Assembly (NCBI GenBank): GCA_964016885.1
Contig: OZ024741.1
Coordinates: 381,982,001 to 382,046,000, forward strand
Direction: 5' to 3'
From: Eledone cirrhosa
Lineage: Eukaryota
DNA length: 64,000 bases
The notes under the pieces are model-generated. The model made no database searches. It was given only the letters and a program-made list of their open reading frames with translations, and was not told the origin of the DNA. Numbering within the stretch: the stretch's first letter is position 1; every line of letters begins with the position of its first letter. Position numbers and translations under genes: made by a program. Positions 29,130 through 41,523 of the stretch are shown piece after piece.

Positions 29130-29257
<128 letters not shown>

Positions 29258-29282
29258 TGTATATGTATATATATATATATAT

Positions 29283-29627
29283 ATATCAATGATATTAATA
29301 AATGGAAACTATATTTATAAAACCAGATTTATTCTATTATATATATTTCAAGGCTACCAAAAGTTGGGTACGCTCTCATCAGATGAAATACAAAGTTTAT
29401 TTTATAAATATTGATATATCCAGAAAGGGAATCTTAACGGTTTAAGGTTTTCCTGGAAAAACTTGAACTGTTAAGATCTCCTTCCTGGATATGTCAATAT
29501 TTATAAAATAAACTTCTTTGTATTATATCTGATGAGGGCGTGTATGTTTTGGTACCCTTGAAATATATATAATAGAATAAATATGGCTTTATAAATATAG
29601 TTTCCGTTTATTAATATCATTGATATT
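29283..29627. repeat. ~345-bp imperfect palindrome with a family-B HHR in each arm
   Basis: Centre at ttttcctggaaaa (~29447-29460); HHRs at 29332-29388 (-) and 29523-29577 (+), both with CTGATGA and GAAA-tatata-TA. Confidence 0.9.
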
Positions 29628-30208
29628 ATACTCCAGAAAACCCGTCGAATGATTCGAATCAGTTATAGATATATAGATTTGTTGAATTACCAAGAAATTA
29701 AATATCCCTTTGCGTATATACATATATATAGAGAGAGGAACAAGCATGAGCCCGACGACAGAGCTCAAGCCGTTTCGACGGCTATTTCTTGACTGAAATA
29801 GCCTTCGAAATGTGTCCAGAAATAGCATAAATACAAACCAGAATTGTAGTAACTACCGATCACCCGGTAGTTACTACAATTTTGGTTTGTAATTATTTTT
29901 CTTGATTTATTCTTAAATTGAGTCTAGCAAACCCTATTGTCTGTAGTTAGTATTCTTTTCACCTTAGCGAATCTGGTCTATTACAATTTGAACACATATA
30001 TGTATATATCTGTGTTCGTTTTTCCTTTTTGTTCAGTTACATTATACGGCTCGGAAAAATCTCTTTCCTAGAGCTAATTTACTGTAATGATACAATCTTG
30101 AGTTTCTAACTCAATACAGGCTTTATATATATATATATATATAAAATATTAAACAAATAATGAATAAAACAATGAAACAGTTCCTTATATTAAACAAAAA
30201 AAGTGCAT

Positions 30209-30353
30209 TATTTAACGATCGTTTCTAGGATATATATGTGTTAGAATTGGCATGCATATTCAACAGATCTATGTACAAAATTATACAAAATTATACAAAC
30301 TATCAAGATTAAATATACATACCAAACACACATATACGCCGTCTTCAGAAATA
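30209..30353 (-). ncRNA. Type-I HHR with a very long stem II
   Basis: tattt-CTGAAGA-(~116-nt imperfect hairpin)-GAAA-C-GATC-G-TT-aaata; palindromic loop III. Confidence 0.7.
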
Positions 30354-30377
30354 ATTATTTCTGAAGAGATAGTTTTT

Positions 30378-30752
30378 ATACATTAACTTCCAACGTTTCT
30401 CAACCTCTCTATGTAAGACAATATATCTTTACTCAGTTATAAAAACTATCTCTTTCTCTCTATCACCCATCTCTCCCTCTCCACCTTCACTCTCATCTCC
30501 TCCCCCTTTGTTTCACCCCCCCCCTCCCTAAATAAAATATTTTTCCTCGTACATATCTTTCCCTTCGTTAATTTTCAAATTCTTTTAATTTATACATTAT
30601 CTTCCAACGGTTTTCAACCTCTCTATGTAAAACAATATATCTTCTCTCAGTTATAAAAACTATCTCTTTCTCTCTATCACCCATCTCTCCCTCTCATCTC
30701 CTCCCCTTTTTCATCCTTTCCACCCCCCCTCTCTAAATAAAATATTTTTCCC
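30378..30752. repeat. Tandem duplication with ~215-bp period
   Basis: cttccaacg...caacctctctatgtaa...cagttataaaaactatctctttctctctatcaccc...taaataaaatatttttcc occurs twice. Confidence 0.9.
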
Positions 30753-30846
30753 AAAATCACACATCAATCTAAAACCACTTTTCATATGTTGATTTAAAAC
30801 TGCACTATCCACAAGTGTTTTTTAGCCTTCATATCATGTTCTCCTG

Positions 30847-30913
30847 TTTTATCTGATGAAAACACAAATATTATTGCATGATGATGTTTGTTTTTGAAAT
30901 GCGCATAATAAAA
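30847..30913 (+). ncRNA. Type-I minimal HHR, family C, intact core
   Basis: ttttat-CTGATGA-stem II-GAAA-T-GCGC-A-TA-ataaaa; 1-bp stem III with a GCGC palindromic loop, as described for PLE HHRs. Lies in a ~170-bp block (30785-30953) duplicated at 33606-33775. Confidence 0.85.
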
Positions 30914-31025
30914 TACATGGAACTCCTTTAACCATCTTTTGATCTTATATTATGTATACAAACTGTAGAGTGCTTCTTATCCGATATCTGCATTGCTTTA
31001 TTGTACTACAATAAAACTCACCTCC

Positions 31026-31074
<49 letters not shown>

Positions 31075-31133
31075 TACTCTTTTGTCCATGAGATATGGGA
31101 AAAAAACGAAATAGATATTTTTAATGGGATTTA

Positions 31134-31204
<71 letters not shown>

Positions 31205-31234
31205 CTTATATATATATATATGTGTATAAGTATA

Positions 31235-31326
<92 letters not shown>

Positions 31327-31387
31327 TATATATATATATTATCAAGAAAACGAAAAATCAGTGATGCATCTGGACTTAGTTTATTTC

Positions 31388-31476
31388 GTGTTACAAATGT
31401 TTCGCCGGCATGTAGCTCGAGTCATGTTCCTTGTATGGATCTGGCTGATTCTACTTCTGCGAGTTCTTTCAGACAC
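31388..31476 (-). ncRNA. Degenerate HHR-like motif
   Basis: gtgt-CTGAAAGA-...-GAAA-catttg-TA-acac; extra base in the core and stem II unclear. Confidence 0.45.
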
Positions 31477-32023
31477 AGCTGTTATATCCGAAGCAAATTT
31501 TATCACTGGGGTGTTGTCATCAAAACAACACCCTCAAAAAATCTTCTTTCCACTCTTGTCATGCCATTGGCTGTTTTTACTCCACGTCATCACAAGTTCT
31601 GGTCAGTATCTGCTGCCACACGGTTCATCAACGATTTTCCGTCCGACATATTTCAATGGAGTCATGCTGGGTTCAGCACTTCACACGTATGCTCACACTT
31701 CAGAGTAAGCACCCACACATACTAGAATAAACACATAGTAACACACACATATATATATTCAGACATACACCTATCTATGCATTCACACCCGCATGTCTAC
31801 ATGCTCAGACGCCCATACCGCCACATACATACACACACACCCTCTCTCCCATGGACCCAGTCACACACACTTGTTGATACATGCCGCCACGAGCCTTCTG
31901 ACTGTTCTGTATCAATTGGGTAAGCATGTCATATTCAAACGTACACATATATACATACACATGCACGCACACACACATACGGCCAACCTTCTATACATTT
32001 AAATATCTCTCTCTCTCTCTCCT

Positions 32024-32085
<62 letters not shown>

Positions 32086-32257
32086 GAATTAGTATATTTA
32101 CCAACATATGCGTACAGATGTACACTAATGCTAGCAAATACATAAGTTATGTCATAGTACCTAGGTGGTTCTATGCAGGGGGATGCAGAACAATTATATG
32201 AAAGACGTAAACAAAAAAATTTAAAAATTAAAAATTAACTTACTTACTAAAATGTTC

Positions 32258-32339
32258 ACCCCAACTAATTAGTTTCTGTAATGGGATAAAGATAGTTACG
32301 CAATGTAACCATCGAGAATTTATTACGTCATCAGGAAGT
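32258..32339 (-). ncRNA. Type-I HHR, family D, inverted copy
   Basis: acttc-CTGATGA-...-GAAA-ctaattag-TT-ggggt. Confidence 0.8.
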
Positions 32340-32677
32340 CTATTCTCAGCTAAGTTCTCAGGCAATGCGCGGAGACTAGGGACTCATATAAAAATAATAA
32401 TTCGGTGGATGGAACAGCTAGCGGAGACTGAATTCCATAGCACTGAAAACGTTCACTGTCTCTGGTCAAGTGACAGATTCTAAAGAATCAATCACGTGAC
32501 ATTGAGGCTAGTCAGTAGAAGTGGGATGGTATTATGACAAAAGTCTACTACCACTACAATTGAATTAGTAGTGTATTTGGCATGTTTGCTCAACAAATAA
32601 ATAATTTGGAGATAAATATAGAGAATTAGTATATTTACCAACGTCCGCGCATTGCCTGAGGACTTAGCTGAGAATAG

Positions 32678-32759
32678 ACTCCCTGATGACGTAATGAATT
32701 CTCGATGGTTACATTGCGTAACTATCTTTATACCATTACAGAAACTAATTAGTTGGAGT
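32678..32759 (+). ncRNA. Type-I HHR, family D, intact
   Basis: actcc-CTGATGA-c-gtaatg...gatggttac-attgc-gtaactatc...cattac-a-GAAA-ctaattag-TT-ggagt; perfect stem I, palindromic stem III, GUU triplet. Confidence 0.88.
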
Positions 32760-32815
32760 GAAAATGTTAGTAAGTAAGTTAATTTTTAATTCTTAAAGTT
32801 TTCTTATTTTACGTC

Positions 32816-32870
<55 letters not shown>

Positions 32871-32944
32871 GATTAGAGTTAAAACTCAATTGGAACCCTG
32901 TAACTATTAAGCTCCAAGTATAAAAATACTGAGCCGATTAATAA

Positions 32945-33236
32945 TATATAGTAAGACACACAGTAAACCGTGTGTCTAAAATTACAAGGGTTGAAAAACC
33001 ACATTTGTTTGAAATATTTAAGCAAGAAGCAGACAGAATGATAAAATAAAAATATATTTTTATACAAACCGCCTCAATAACCATTATATCTGTCCGAGAG
33101 ATATAATGGTTATTGAGGCGGTTTGTATAAAAATATATTTTTATTTTATCATTCTGTCTGCTTCTTGGTTAAATATTTCAAACAAATGTTGTTTTTCAAC
33201 CCTTGTAATTTTAGACACACGGGTTACTGTGTTTCT

Positions 33237-33245
<9 letters not shown>
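32945..33245. repeat. Near-perfect ~300-bp palindrome (~145-bp arms, 7-nt loop GTCCGAG)
   Basis: ...gcctcaataaccattatatct-gtccgag-agatataatggttattgaggc...; the ORF track shows near-identical peptides on both strands. Confidence 0.95.
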
Positions 33246-33271
<26 letters not shown>

Positions 33272-33509
33272 TACTTGGGGAGGGTCATATTTGTGTAATA
33301 TTGCCAGAATTAATAACAGAACACACTCACTGTTTGGTTGTTTTCGCTTTTCGCTTCTGTGTCTTTTATATCGGTAATCTAATTTATTCGGTCCTCAATG
33401 TTGCCATTGACTGACCAACGGTAAAAAATAATGCAGATACAATATAGACACAAACGCATATATATATAGTTTATCATGAGTGTGTTCTGTTATTAATTCT
33501 GGCAATATT

Positions 33510-33606
<97 letters not shown>

Positions 33607-33668
33607 TATGTTGATTTAAAACTGCACTATCCACAAGTGTTATTTAGCCTTCATATCATGTTCTCCTG

Positions 33669-33735
33669 TTTTATCTGATGAAAACACAAATATTATTGCA
33701 TGATGATGTTTGTTTTTGAAATGCGCATAATAAAA
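33669..33735 (+). ncRNA. Type-I minimal HHR, family C, second copy
   Basis: Same sequence as 30847-30913 by eye. Confidence 0.85.
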
Positions 33736-33910
33736 TACATGGAACTCCTTTAACCATCCTTTGATCTTATATTATATATATATATATATATACACACGCT
33801 CATACACACGCTCATACCCACGCATATATACATACACACATACATTCACATACATACATATATACGCACATGTGTATACACACATATATATACAGACACC
33901 TAGGATTTTT

Positions 33911-33969
33911 TTCATTCTGATGAATGAAAGTAAATATCGTTTGCTTTCAAGAAACCACTGGTGAATGAA
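33911..33969 (+). ncRNA. HHR motif, family A variant with non-canonical GUG at the cleavage site
   Basis: ttcatt-CTGATGA-a-tgaaagtaaa-tatcg-tttgctttca-a-GAAA-ccactgg-TG-aatgaa; inverted copy at 37524-37582. Confidence 0.7.
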
Positions 33970-34581
33970 ATAATTATCTCATGTTGTTCATTACATAACC
34001 ATATATATATATATACATATGTATATACACACACACATACATACATACACACACATATATACACAAACGTAAACTCACACACTCCTTTATTTTACCCCTT
34101 CTTTTACTGTACCTTTATGCAGTTACATACAGATTTAATGTACCCTATAATATTGTAAATTTATTTACATATTTTATTTTATTATCATATTGTTTTTATG
34201 TTCACGAGGTTTTTTTTTGTGTGGACACATGTGTGTGGGTATATGTGCGTGTCTGAGTGTGTGTGTAGATGCGTATGTATGTGTATATATATATGCGTCG
34301 GTGGGTGTTGGGATGTGTATATTGGCATGAGTACGTGGGTGCACGAGCTTATGCGCGCGTGTACGTGCATACATGTGCATACATATACATATGTGCAGAA
34401 TGTGGGTGTATGAGTGCGTGGGGGTGTCTGTATACGTGTGTCTATATATGAGCATATATGTGTATGCATATATATATATATATATATAACGAAGGAAATG
34501 TGGTAAGGAACCAGGTGGACCATAACGCACCAAAGTACTCGATACTTGAGGTAGTAGAGTGGGTAATAGGAACCAGTAAGA

Positions 34582-34673
34582 CCCCGACAGCTGAGCTCAA
34601 GCCGTTTCGACGGCTAATTCTGGACTAAATGAAAATTTATCCTGGTATTTAAATAGCCGATCTTCTCAAGGGG
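34582..34673 (-). ncRNA. HHR motif in the 3' region of PLE-5 (degenerate core)
   Basis: cccc-TTGAGAAGA-tcggcta...tagccgtc-GAAA-cggc-ttgagctca-gctg-TC-gggg. Confidence 0.55.
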
Positions 34674-35785
34674 TAATTCCATATATGGTCAAAGTGATTG
34701 TCAAAAATCAGTAGTAATTCTGTGGTTGCAAATTAGTAGGGGAGATGGTGGCTAAACCTGCCAGTAGGAGAGAGAGGGGAGGGGGTGGAGTAGACCCAAT
34801 CAAGCGTTGGTAGTGCCAGCTACAGCTGGGCATGAGGTCAAAGAAGATACAGGGGAGGGGGAGGAAGTCGGAACGGTAGGTAGAACAATGGGGGGGGGGG
34901 GGGGTAGAAATAGGAAAGAAAAAATACTGAGAGTGAAGAAAAGCAAATAAGTGTAAAGAAAAAAGTAAAGTAAATTAAATTCTACGACCTAGGTCTCAGG
35001 CTATTGTTAGGCTAGAATAAAATAAATAAAGAAAGAAAGAAGTAAAGAAATAAATAAATAAAGGAATAACGAAATAAGTAAAAGAACTAGGTGGGACGGA
35101 TTAGGCAAGGACCCTTTTAAGAGGTATAAGTACGTAAATAATACGGTGACGGGTCAACAAAAGGGGCCAAAATACTAAAGAGACTACCACGAAATAAACA
35201 ATAGAGGTTTCCATCCCGGGCCAGCAACGACCCAGTGCAGCAAAGTGAACTTGTACGAGATAATAATTCTGAGTCCCGAGAAAAATATATATTAATGCTA
35301 ACTCTAAAAGATCTAAAACAAGCTACATGAAAGTTCGTACGAAATAAAGGTAGAATACGGAGAAATAAATTCAGAATCCACCCCGCCCAGAAGAAAAGCG
35401 AAGCAAGAAATACTGAAACGAAAAAATAAGGCATAAGTGCCACTAAGAAATATAGAGGGCACCGAGAATAGTGGGAGCGGTCGGAAAAAGGGGGCAAGTA
35501 TCCGGGGTCTAAGCCAACTGCTATAAAGGGCGGAGTCCGCCAAATCTATCATAGACTAGGGGAGGGGGTGGTGGGAGTACTAAGGCTACATGGGGCCAAA
35601 GGGCAGCCTCGGGTCGGCGAGAAAAGACGCCGACAAAGGAGAAGAGCTGGGGTAGAAGGACTAAGGAGAGAGGGGGGAAGGAAATAAAGGAATCGATAAA
35701 AGAATACAAAGAAGATCTTACGTCTTCCTTGGCAAGCAGGGGTTACCCATTGCAAAATCGGCAAGTGGGGTGTTATAGCCCTAGT

Positions 35786-36315
35786 CTACCCACCCGGGTC
35801 ATTATGGGGTTTGAGGGCGAGGTAAGTCCTACGCAATCTATGTTTACATGCAGTGACCAGTTCATCTTTCTTGTTTAGAAGTTTGTCCGTCGAAAACAGC
35901 ATTTGTAAAGTTTCCTCCGAGCATAAATTGCACGGACGGCGTCCTCCCGTGTAAGAATTGGCTCTGGACAGTAATTTCCAAGTGAGATCATAGGTGATGT
36001 TGTTGTCCTTGAGGTCCCATATGTGGCCCGAAAGTGTAGTGGCGTGACGCCGGGCCGGGTTTCGGAAGGTATGTCTATGTTGGTATAGCCGGGTCTTGAA
36101 GTCACATGCGGTAAGTCCTATATAGGCTTTGTTGGAGGTATCCGTCCTCACGTTGCACTGGTAGATCACATTACGGTCTCTGCATCTATTGTCGAGTGGG
36201 CAAATAGATCTATCCGGGCAGTTACACCTCCTGGTCGGTTCTCCACTGCTATTTAGGTTATTTCTGCCATCGGGGTTGAGTTTTTTGTTGTTAGAGGAGA
36301 CGATGTTTTGTGCGA

Positions 36316-36320
<5 letters not shown>
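35786..36320 (-). pseudogene. PLE-5, Naiad-like GIY-YIG domain, 5'-truncated at (TA)n; 3' UTR/pLTR extends to ~34488
   Basis: RCNCPDRSICPLDNRC...VIYQC...YIGLTACDFKTRLYQH...CNLCSEE...LLNKKDE...CKH. Confidence 0.9.
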
Positions 36321-36377
<57 letters not shown>

Positions 36378-37289
36378 TATATGTGTATGAGTGAGTAAGT
36401 ACGTATAGCCACATATGAATAGGTGTGTGTGTGTGCGGGCGGGTAAGTGTGTGTATATACGTGTGGATGTGTATGAGTGTATATATGTCGTTGAGTGTGT
36501 GGAGTGCAGGTGCATGCATTCACGAGCCTATATGTGTGTGTATATGTATTTGTGCATACTTGTATGTGTTTGTGTGCATCCCTTGGGAATGTGTGCGGAT
36601 GTTTATATATGGACTATATAGGTTTTTTTCATTATTATTATTATTCATGTTGTATTATTTTATCACATACCCTCTATACATAACTGTATATATGCGTATA
36701 TGTACGTATGAGTGTGTGTACGTGTGCGTCTGTGTATGTGTGTGTATATATAAATACGTAGGTGCGCATGTGTATGTGTGTATGTGTATATATGTATAAT
36801 AGGGGGATATGTGTATATATATATATACCACATTGTATAATATATTTCATTGTATATTTTTCTTATGTTATTATACAGTTTTAAGTCATACTGTTTTTTA
36901 CTGCATAATGTATTTTCAACAGTTCACTTGCAGGTGTGTTTATATATGTACATGTATATGTGGAGGTACTTCCGTGTGGGTAGACAGATGTGCATACGTG
37001 CAGGTGTATGCATGCGGCAGAATGTATGCGCACGCATGTGTAGATGTATGTAGTTCGGCCTATGCGTAGGTATTTGTATGTATATGGGTGAATCTGCGTA
37101 TGCATGTTAAGTTGCCTTCTTTCTTTTTCTTTTTTGTGTATATATATATATATATACTTATATAAAATATATATATATGTGTGTGTGTGTAGGTACGTGT
37201 ATAGGCAATGTTTATGTACGTATGTGCTCGTATGTGTGTGTGGACATATGTGAGGTTACGTTTGTGTATATATGTGTGTGTATATATAT

Positions 37290-37694
37290 ACGTACGCTCA
37301 TACACACGCTCATACACACGCTCATACACAAGCATATATACATACACACATACTTTCACATACATATATACGCACATCTGTATACACACATATATATACA
37401 CACACCTAGGATTTTTTCATACATAAACATATGTATATATATATGTTCATTACATAAACTTATGTATACATAAGTTTACGTAATGAACATATGTTTATGT
37501 AATGAACAACATAATATAATTATTTCATTCACCAGTGGTTTCTTGAAAGCAAACGATATTTACTTTCATTCATCATAATGAAAAAATCCAAGGTGTGTGT
37601 ATATATATGTGTGTATGCAGATGTGCGTATATATGTATGTATGTGAATGTATGTGTGTATGTATATATGCGTGTGTATGTGCGTGTGTATGAGC

Positions 37695-37700
<6 letters not shown>
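37290..37700. repeat. Local inverted duplication related to 33780-34000, with a central palindrome (37443-37490) and an HHR at 37524-37582 (-)
   Basis: acacgctcatacacacg...cacctaggatttttt on plus and its reverse complement; atgttcattacataaacttatgtatacataagtttacgtaatgaacat palindrome. Confidence 0.75.
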
Positions 37701-37752
<52 letters not shown>

Positions 37753-38018
37753 TAAAACATGTCTATAGAATCACAAGATAAAATATATACCATTTCCTCT
37801 CCCAATTAGCATAATTAACTATATAAAAAATCGAATAGACCAGGCTATAAGAATGAGGCTTCTATGAAGAAATCTTCAACAAATAACCGAAACTAACCCT
37901 TCGCGTCGCCCGCAACGGAATATTTATCGAATATTTCGACAGCGTAATCGCCCAGATACAGTCAACTAAACAGAATTAGGTGTAAAATAAACTAGGAGAA
38001 AATAGAATACATTTAAAT

Positions 38019-38106
38019 ACCTCTACCATAGTTTCATCCGCATCTTGAGCTTTCCAATAATTATGTAATAATTATATAAACTCGAGCACCGGATTCATCA
38101 GGAGAT
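38019..38106 (-). ncRNA. Type-I HHR, family E, intact core
   Basis: atctc-CTGATGA-atccg...(long hairpin)...cggat-GAAA-ctatgg-TA-gaggt; GUA triplet. Confidence 0.82.
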
Positions 38107-38724
38107 TTGCTCTTATCTAGACACGAAATTTTCCAAAGTAATCGCGCCAAAAATTCATTCAAAATGGCTAGGAATATATATATATATATTAATAAAAGGA
38201 ATTCTAACTTTGTCTGATTTACTCGTTTTATTTACAATACTTTAAAAATATAATGATATTATAATGAAATAATATAGTAGAATATTAAATGTTAAGTGTT
38301 AATTGAACAAGTACTTTCATGTTTTCGCAATCTTCAGGCTCATATTCAGTGGTGAAAGTCAAGTTTGCAATTTTCAACTGTAATGAGATGGGTAAATTAT
38401 GTGCCTTATATACAGTAAAAAGGAGCTACAGACTTCTAAGTTTTGCAAATTGTATTTCGACCAATCGGTGTTTAGTTTCACTAGATTACTAAAGCTGATT
38501 GGTTTAGGCTCACGGTTGGTTGAGCATGTCTAACGACTTCTATTTGACCCTATCCAAAGCATCAATTGTTTTGCTATTTTTAGAAATGATGAAAGTAGCA
38601 TTTTCTAGGTTTTTTATGAAAAAATCTTCAGTAATCATCACCATCAACATCACTTTTATTATTTATATTGTTGTTGTTTTTGTTAGTGGTGGTAGTCGAC
38701 ATGGTCGTAGGCGTCGTCATAGAA

Positions 38725-38905
38725 GGTGTATAGCAGAATTGGTAGAGGGTTGGACATGCTTTCCAGCATAGTTACGTCCCTTTACGAGCTGAGTTCAAAT
38801 CCCGCCAAGGTTAACTTTGCCTTTCATCCTTACGAGGTCGATAAAATAATGTACCAGTAATGTACTGGGTAATTGCTGGCCTTGTGCCGAAAGTAGAAAC
38901 AATTA
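38725..38905 (+). mobile_element. tRNA-derived SINE, family A copy
   Basis: A-box-like TAGCAGAATTGG, B-box-like GAGTTCAAATCCC, body AACTTTGCCTTTCATCCTTACGAGGTCGATAAAATAA, tail GGCCTTGTGCC...AGAAAC. Confidence 0.9.
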
Positions 38906-39695
38906 TTATTGTTCATTTAGCTTGGGTTGGAATTTATGAATAACATTCTTTTCTTTAATGTTTCTCTTGCTTTCACTTGGGCTGTGTAATTTGTAGAATG
39001 GAAATATTATAAATATTTTCTGACCATATGTTGCTAGATGGTTACTCAAGGGTATCTGACGAACATTTGGGTCTCTGATTTGCTGTCGGTGCACCCGTAC
39101 ACGTTCTGATAGTGCATTTCCAGTTTGACCGACATATAGTTCTTCGGGCATTTAATGCAGTAAATTAGATTTCTGCTTTTGCAGTTCATATTTGCATTTG
39201 GGAATATTTTTCCAGTTTTTGTGTATATATATTGACCAGTGTGTATGGATTGACATGTGCCACATCGACTATCATTGCATTTAGATACAGTGAATGATTG
39301 GTCTTTGTTGTTATGGTCAAACTTTGCCTTTCTTAGTAATTGTTTCACATTTTTCGGCTGACCTTATCTCAGAGTCAAAGATCTGTCTGTGATTAAACCT
39401 TTTAATTCATTACTTTGAGCAATGATCGGTAGGTTTCCTTTGGCAGTGTTGAAGATATTCTGGTAACCTGGGTTGTGTGTCATTATAAATGGTGTGACCA
39501 GTTCTTGGTTTCTTCTTCCTTGTGTTCTCCTAATTTGTTGTATAAGTATTTTTATAGCCCAATGTATACAATTTTCTATAAGTAGAGATGGATATTTTTG
39601 TTTGTGCAAACATTCTATCGGTTCTGTTAGGCATTTGTTCCTGGTATTCGTATCTACTACAATGGTACAAATTCTTCTGGCTAGGCAGTATATAT
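38906..39695 (-). pseudogene. PLE-6, Neptune-like thumb plus GIY-YIG, frameshifted
   Basis: LARRICTIV; QKYP..LI; KCNDSRCGTCQSI...CKSRNLIYCIKC...LYVGQTGN.LSERVRVHR...KE...LN. Confidence 0.88.
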
Positions 39696-40121
39696 ATTGT
39701 GAAGCATCTTTAACCGGGATATAACGTCATATGATCAAACCGTATGTCACATGAATGCCTACCTGGGAAACCTCTTTACGCCAATGTAATATCTCTCTCC
39801 AGGTACTTAAATCTCACCATAGGAATTAACTATAAAAACGATAAAACCTAATTAGATAAATATATTGATATTTTAATTGATATACTTGCCTGTTCCCAAT
39901 AACCTGATTATACTTATATCAATTGAAACAGATTATAAACGCAACACGAACCGAAGGATGAGTAAATTTAAATTATTTTATTATAGATTCATGAGTCACA
40001 CATGTATATTTCAGTACCTGCCGGCACATCCTACCGTCACACTTAATAATCGACGTTCACGTTCCTTCTCAAATTGATTACCATGTGTATAAATTATAAA
40101 CCATTATATGAGTGCAGGGCC

Positions 40122-40343
40122 AGGGCGGTGGATTGGCAGTATCGGTAGAGGGTCGGACGATATACTGTACATCATATACTTTCGGCCCTTTATGATCTGA
40201 GTTCAAATCCCGCCGAGGTTAACTTTGCCTTTCATCCTTACGGGTTCGATAAAATAAAGTACCAGTCACGCACTGGGATCGATTTAATCGACTTTCCCCT
40301 CCCCCCAAATTGTTGACCTTGTGCCTATATAAGAAACCATTAT
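40122..40343 (+). mobile_element. tRNA-derived SINE, family A longer variant (partial further copy at ~40395-40470)
   Basis: TGGCAGTATCGG A-box-like, GAGTTCAAATCCC B-box-like, shared body, plus an extra gatcgatttaatcgac segment. Confidence 0.9.
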
Positions 40344-41388
40344 TTGAGTGTAGGGTTTTCTTAAATTAGTTAAAACTTTCCTCGAATTGTAATGCGTTAT
40401 TTAGTTATGGTACTTCATATTGTGAGTTCAAATCATGCTGAGTTCAGTATTGCCTTTCATCGCCACCGTGATGATGTAATCGACCTCCTACTGAATAGCT
40501 GGCTAATGTTAGTCACGAAGTCTGTTGACACTGAAAAAAACGTCATTCCAGATATGAGGACATGTAGTTCAAGTTAATGTTCTATCCAGCAAACAATCAA
40601 CGCAAAAAAGCAAACAAAGCAATCACAGTCTTGTCAAATGTATTCAATGAAAAATGTGTGTTCTATTTTAAAGTGAATAATGCTGGATTTTGTGGAATTC
40701 GCATGCTATTTGCATTGGAATAATCAATCCTATAAAGTGTCTTTTGTTGCTTCCTTAATATTTAAATGTTTAGATATATGTCGATTCCTTGAGATAATAT
40801 AAATGTGAAATTTTACGAAGACATCCGAGAAATTTTCGGTAATAAATTATAATTTTTCTCTTCAAAATACATAGCTCATGCAATTGGTTGAAATATGAAG
40901 AAATGTGTTCAAATATATTTAGGAATGTGTTGTTTTTAAAGGAATAAACATTATTTGATGTGAAAAAAAGTTGCCATTAATTTTGTGATGAAAAAGGAAT
41001 ATATAAATATTGTAATCTTAAAATAAACAGTAATATTGATTAATGAAAGTATAATAAATATTTTCAAATTTAGTAGGAGGTTTTACATCTTGTCTTGAAA
41101 TTCTACTTTACAAAACCAAATAATTGGCCCCGCTTGAAAAGTGTTGCGGAGTAAGTTTAACATTGCTCCATACAATGGAATATTTCCATGTAAGACATGA
41201 TATAAAATGTGCTCCTAAATGTAAAATAGATTTGCCTCTCAACTTTTCCGTATCGATTTTAACGAAATGAATGATACCAAATATACACATTTAGCATAAT
41301 CGATAAAATTATGGTACATTTTGAGATGAAAATATATGTGCTGATTGCATGGATTTAAAGTTGACTATCGGTATTTTGCTAATATATA

Positions 41389-41476
<88 letters not shown>

Positions 41477-41477
<1 letters not shown>

Positions 41478-41480
41478 ATA

Positions 41481-41523
<43 letters not shown>
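41477..41523. repeat. (TAA)n tract, left boundary of the retroelement stack
   Basis: Further (TAA)n tracts at ~46004-46059, 46248-46301, 48172-48203, 50147-50183 and 56142-56200. Confidence 0.97.

Larger units (their letters stand above)
32195..32823. repeat. Inverted repeat with ~180-bp arms (32195-32373 and 32644-32823), each carrying a family-D HHR
   Basis: Arms are near-exact reverse complements; the block is bounded by (TA)n. Confidence 0.92.

Noticed and set aside
29833-29890. Strong hairpin resembling an intrinsic terminator or pre-miRNA
   Set aside because: Eukaryotic repeat context with many fold-backs; nothing beyond the palindrome supports a function.
38725-38805. tRNA gene
   Set aside because: A/B boxes are present but there is no cloverleaf, and the sequence continues into a multi-copy SINE body.
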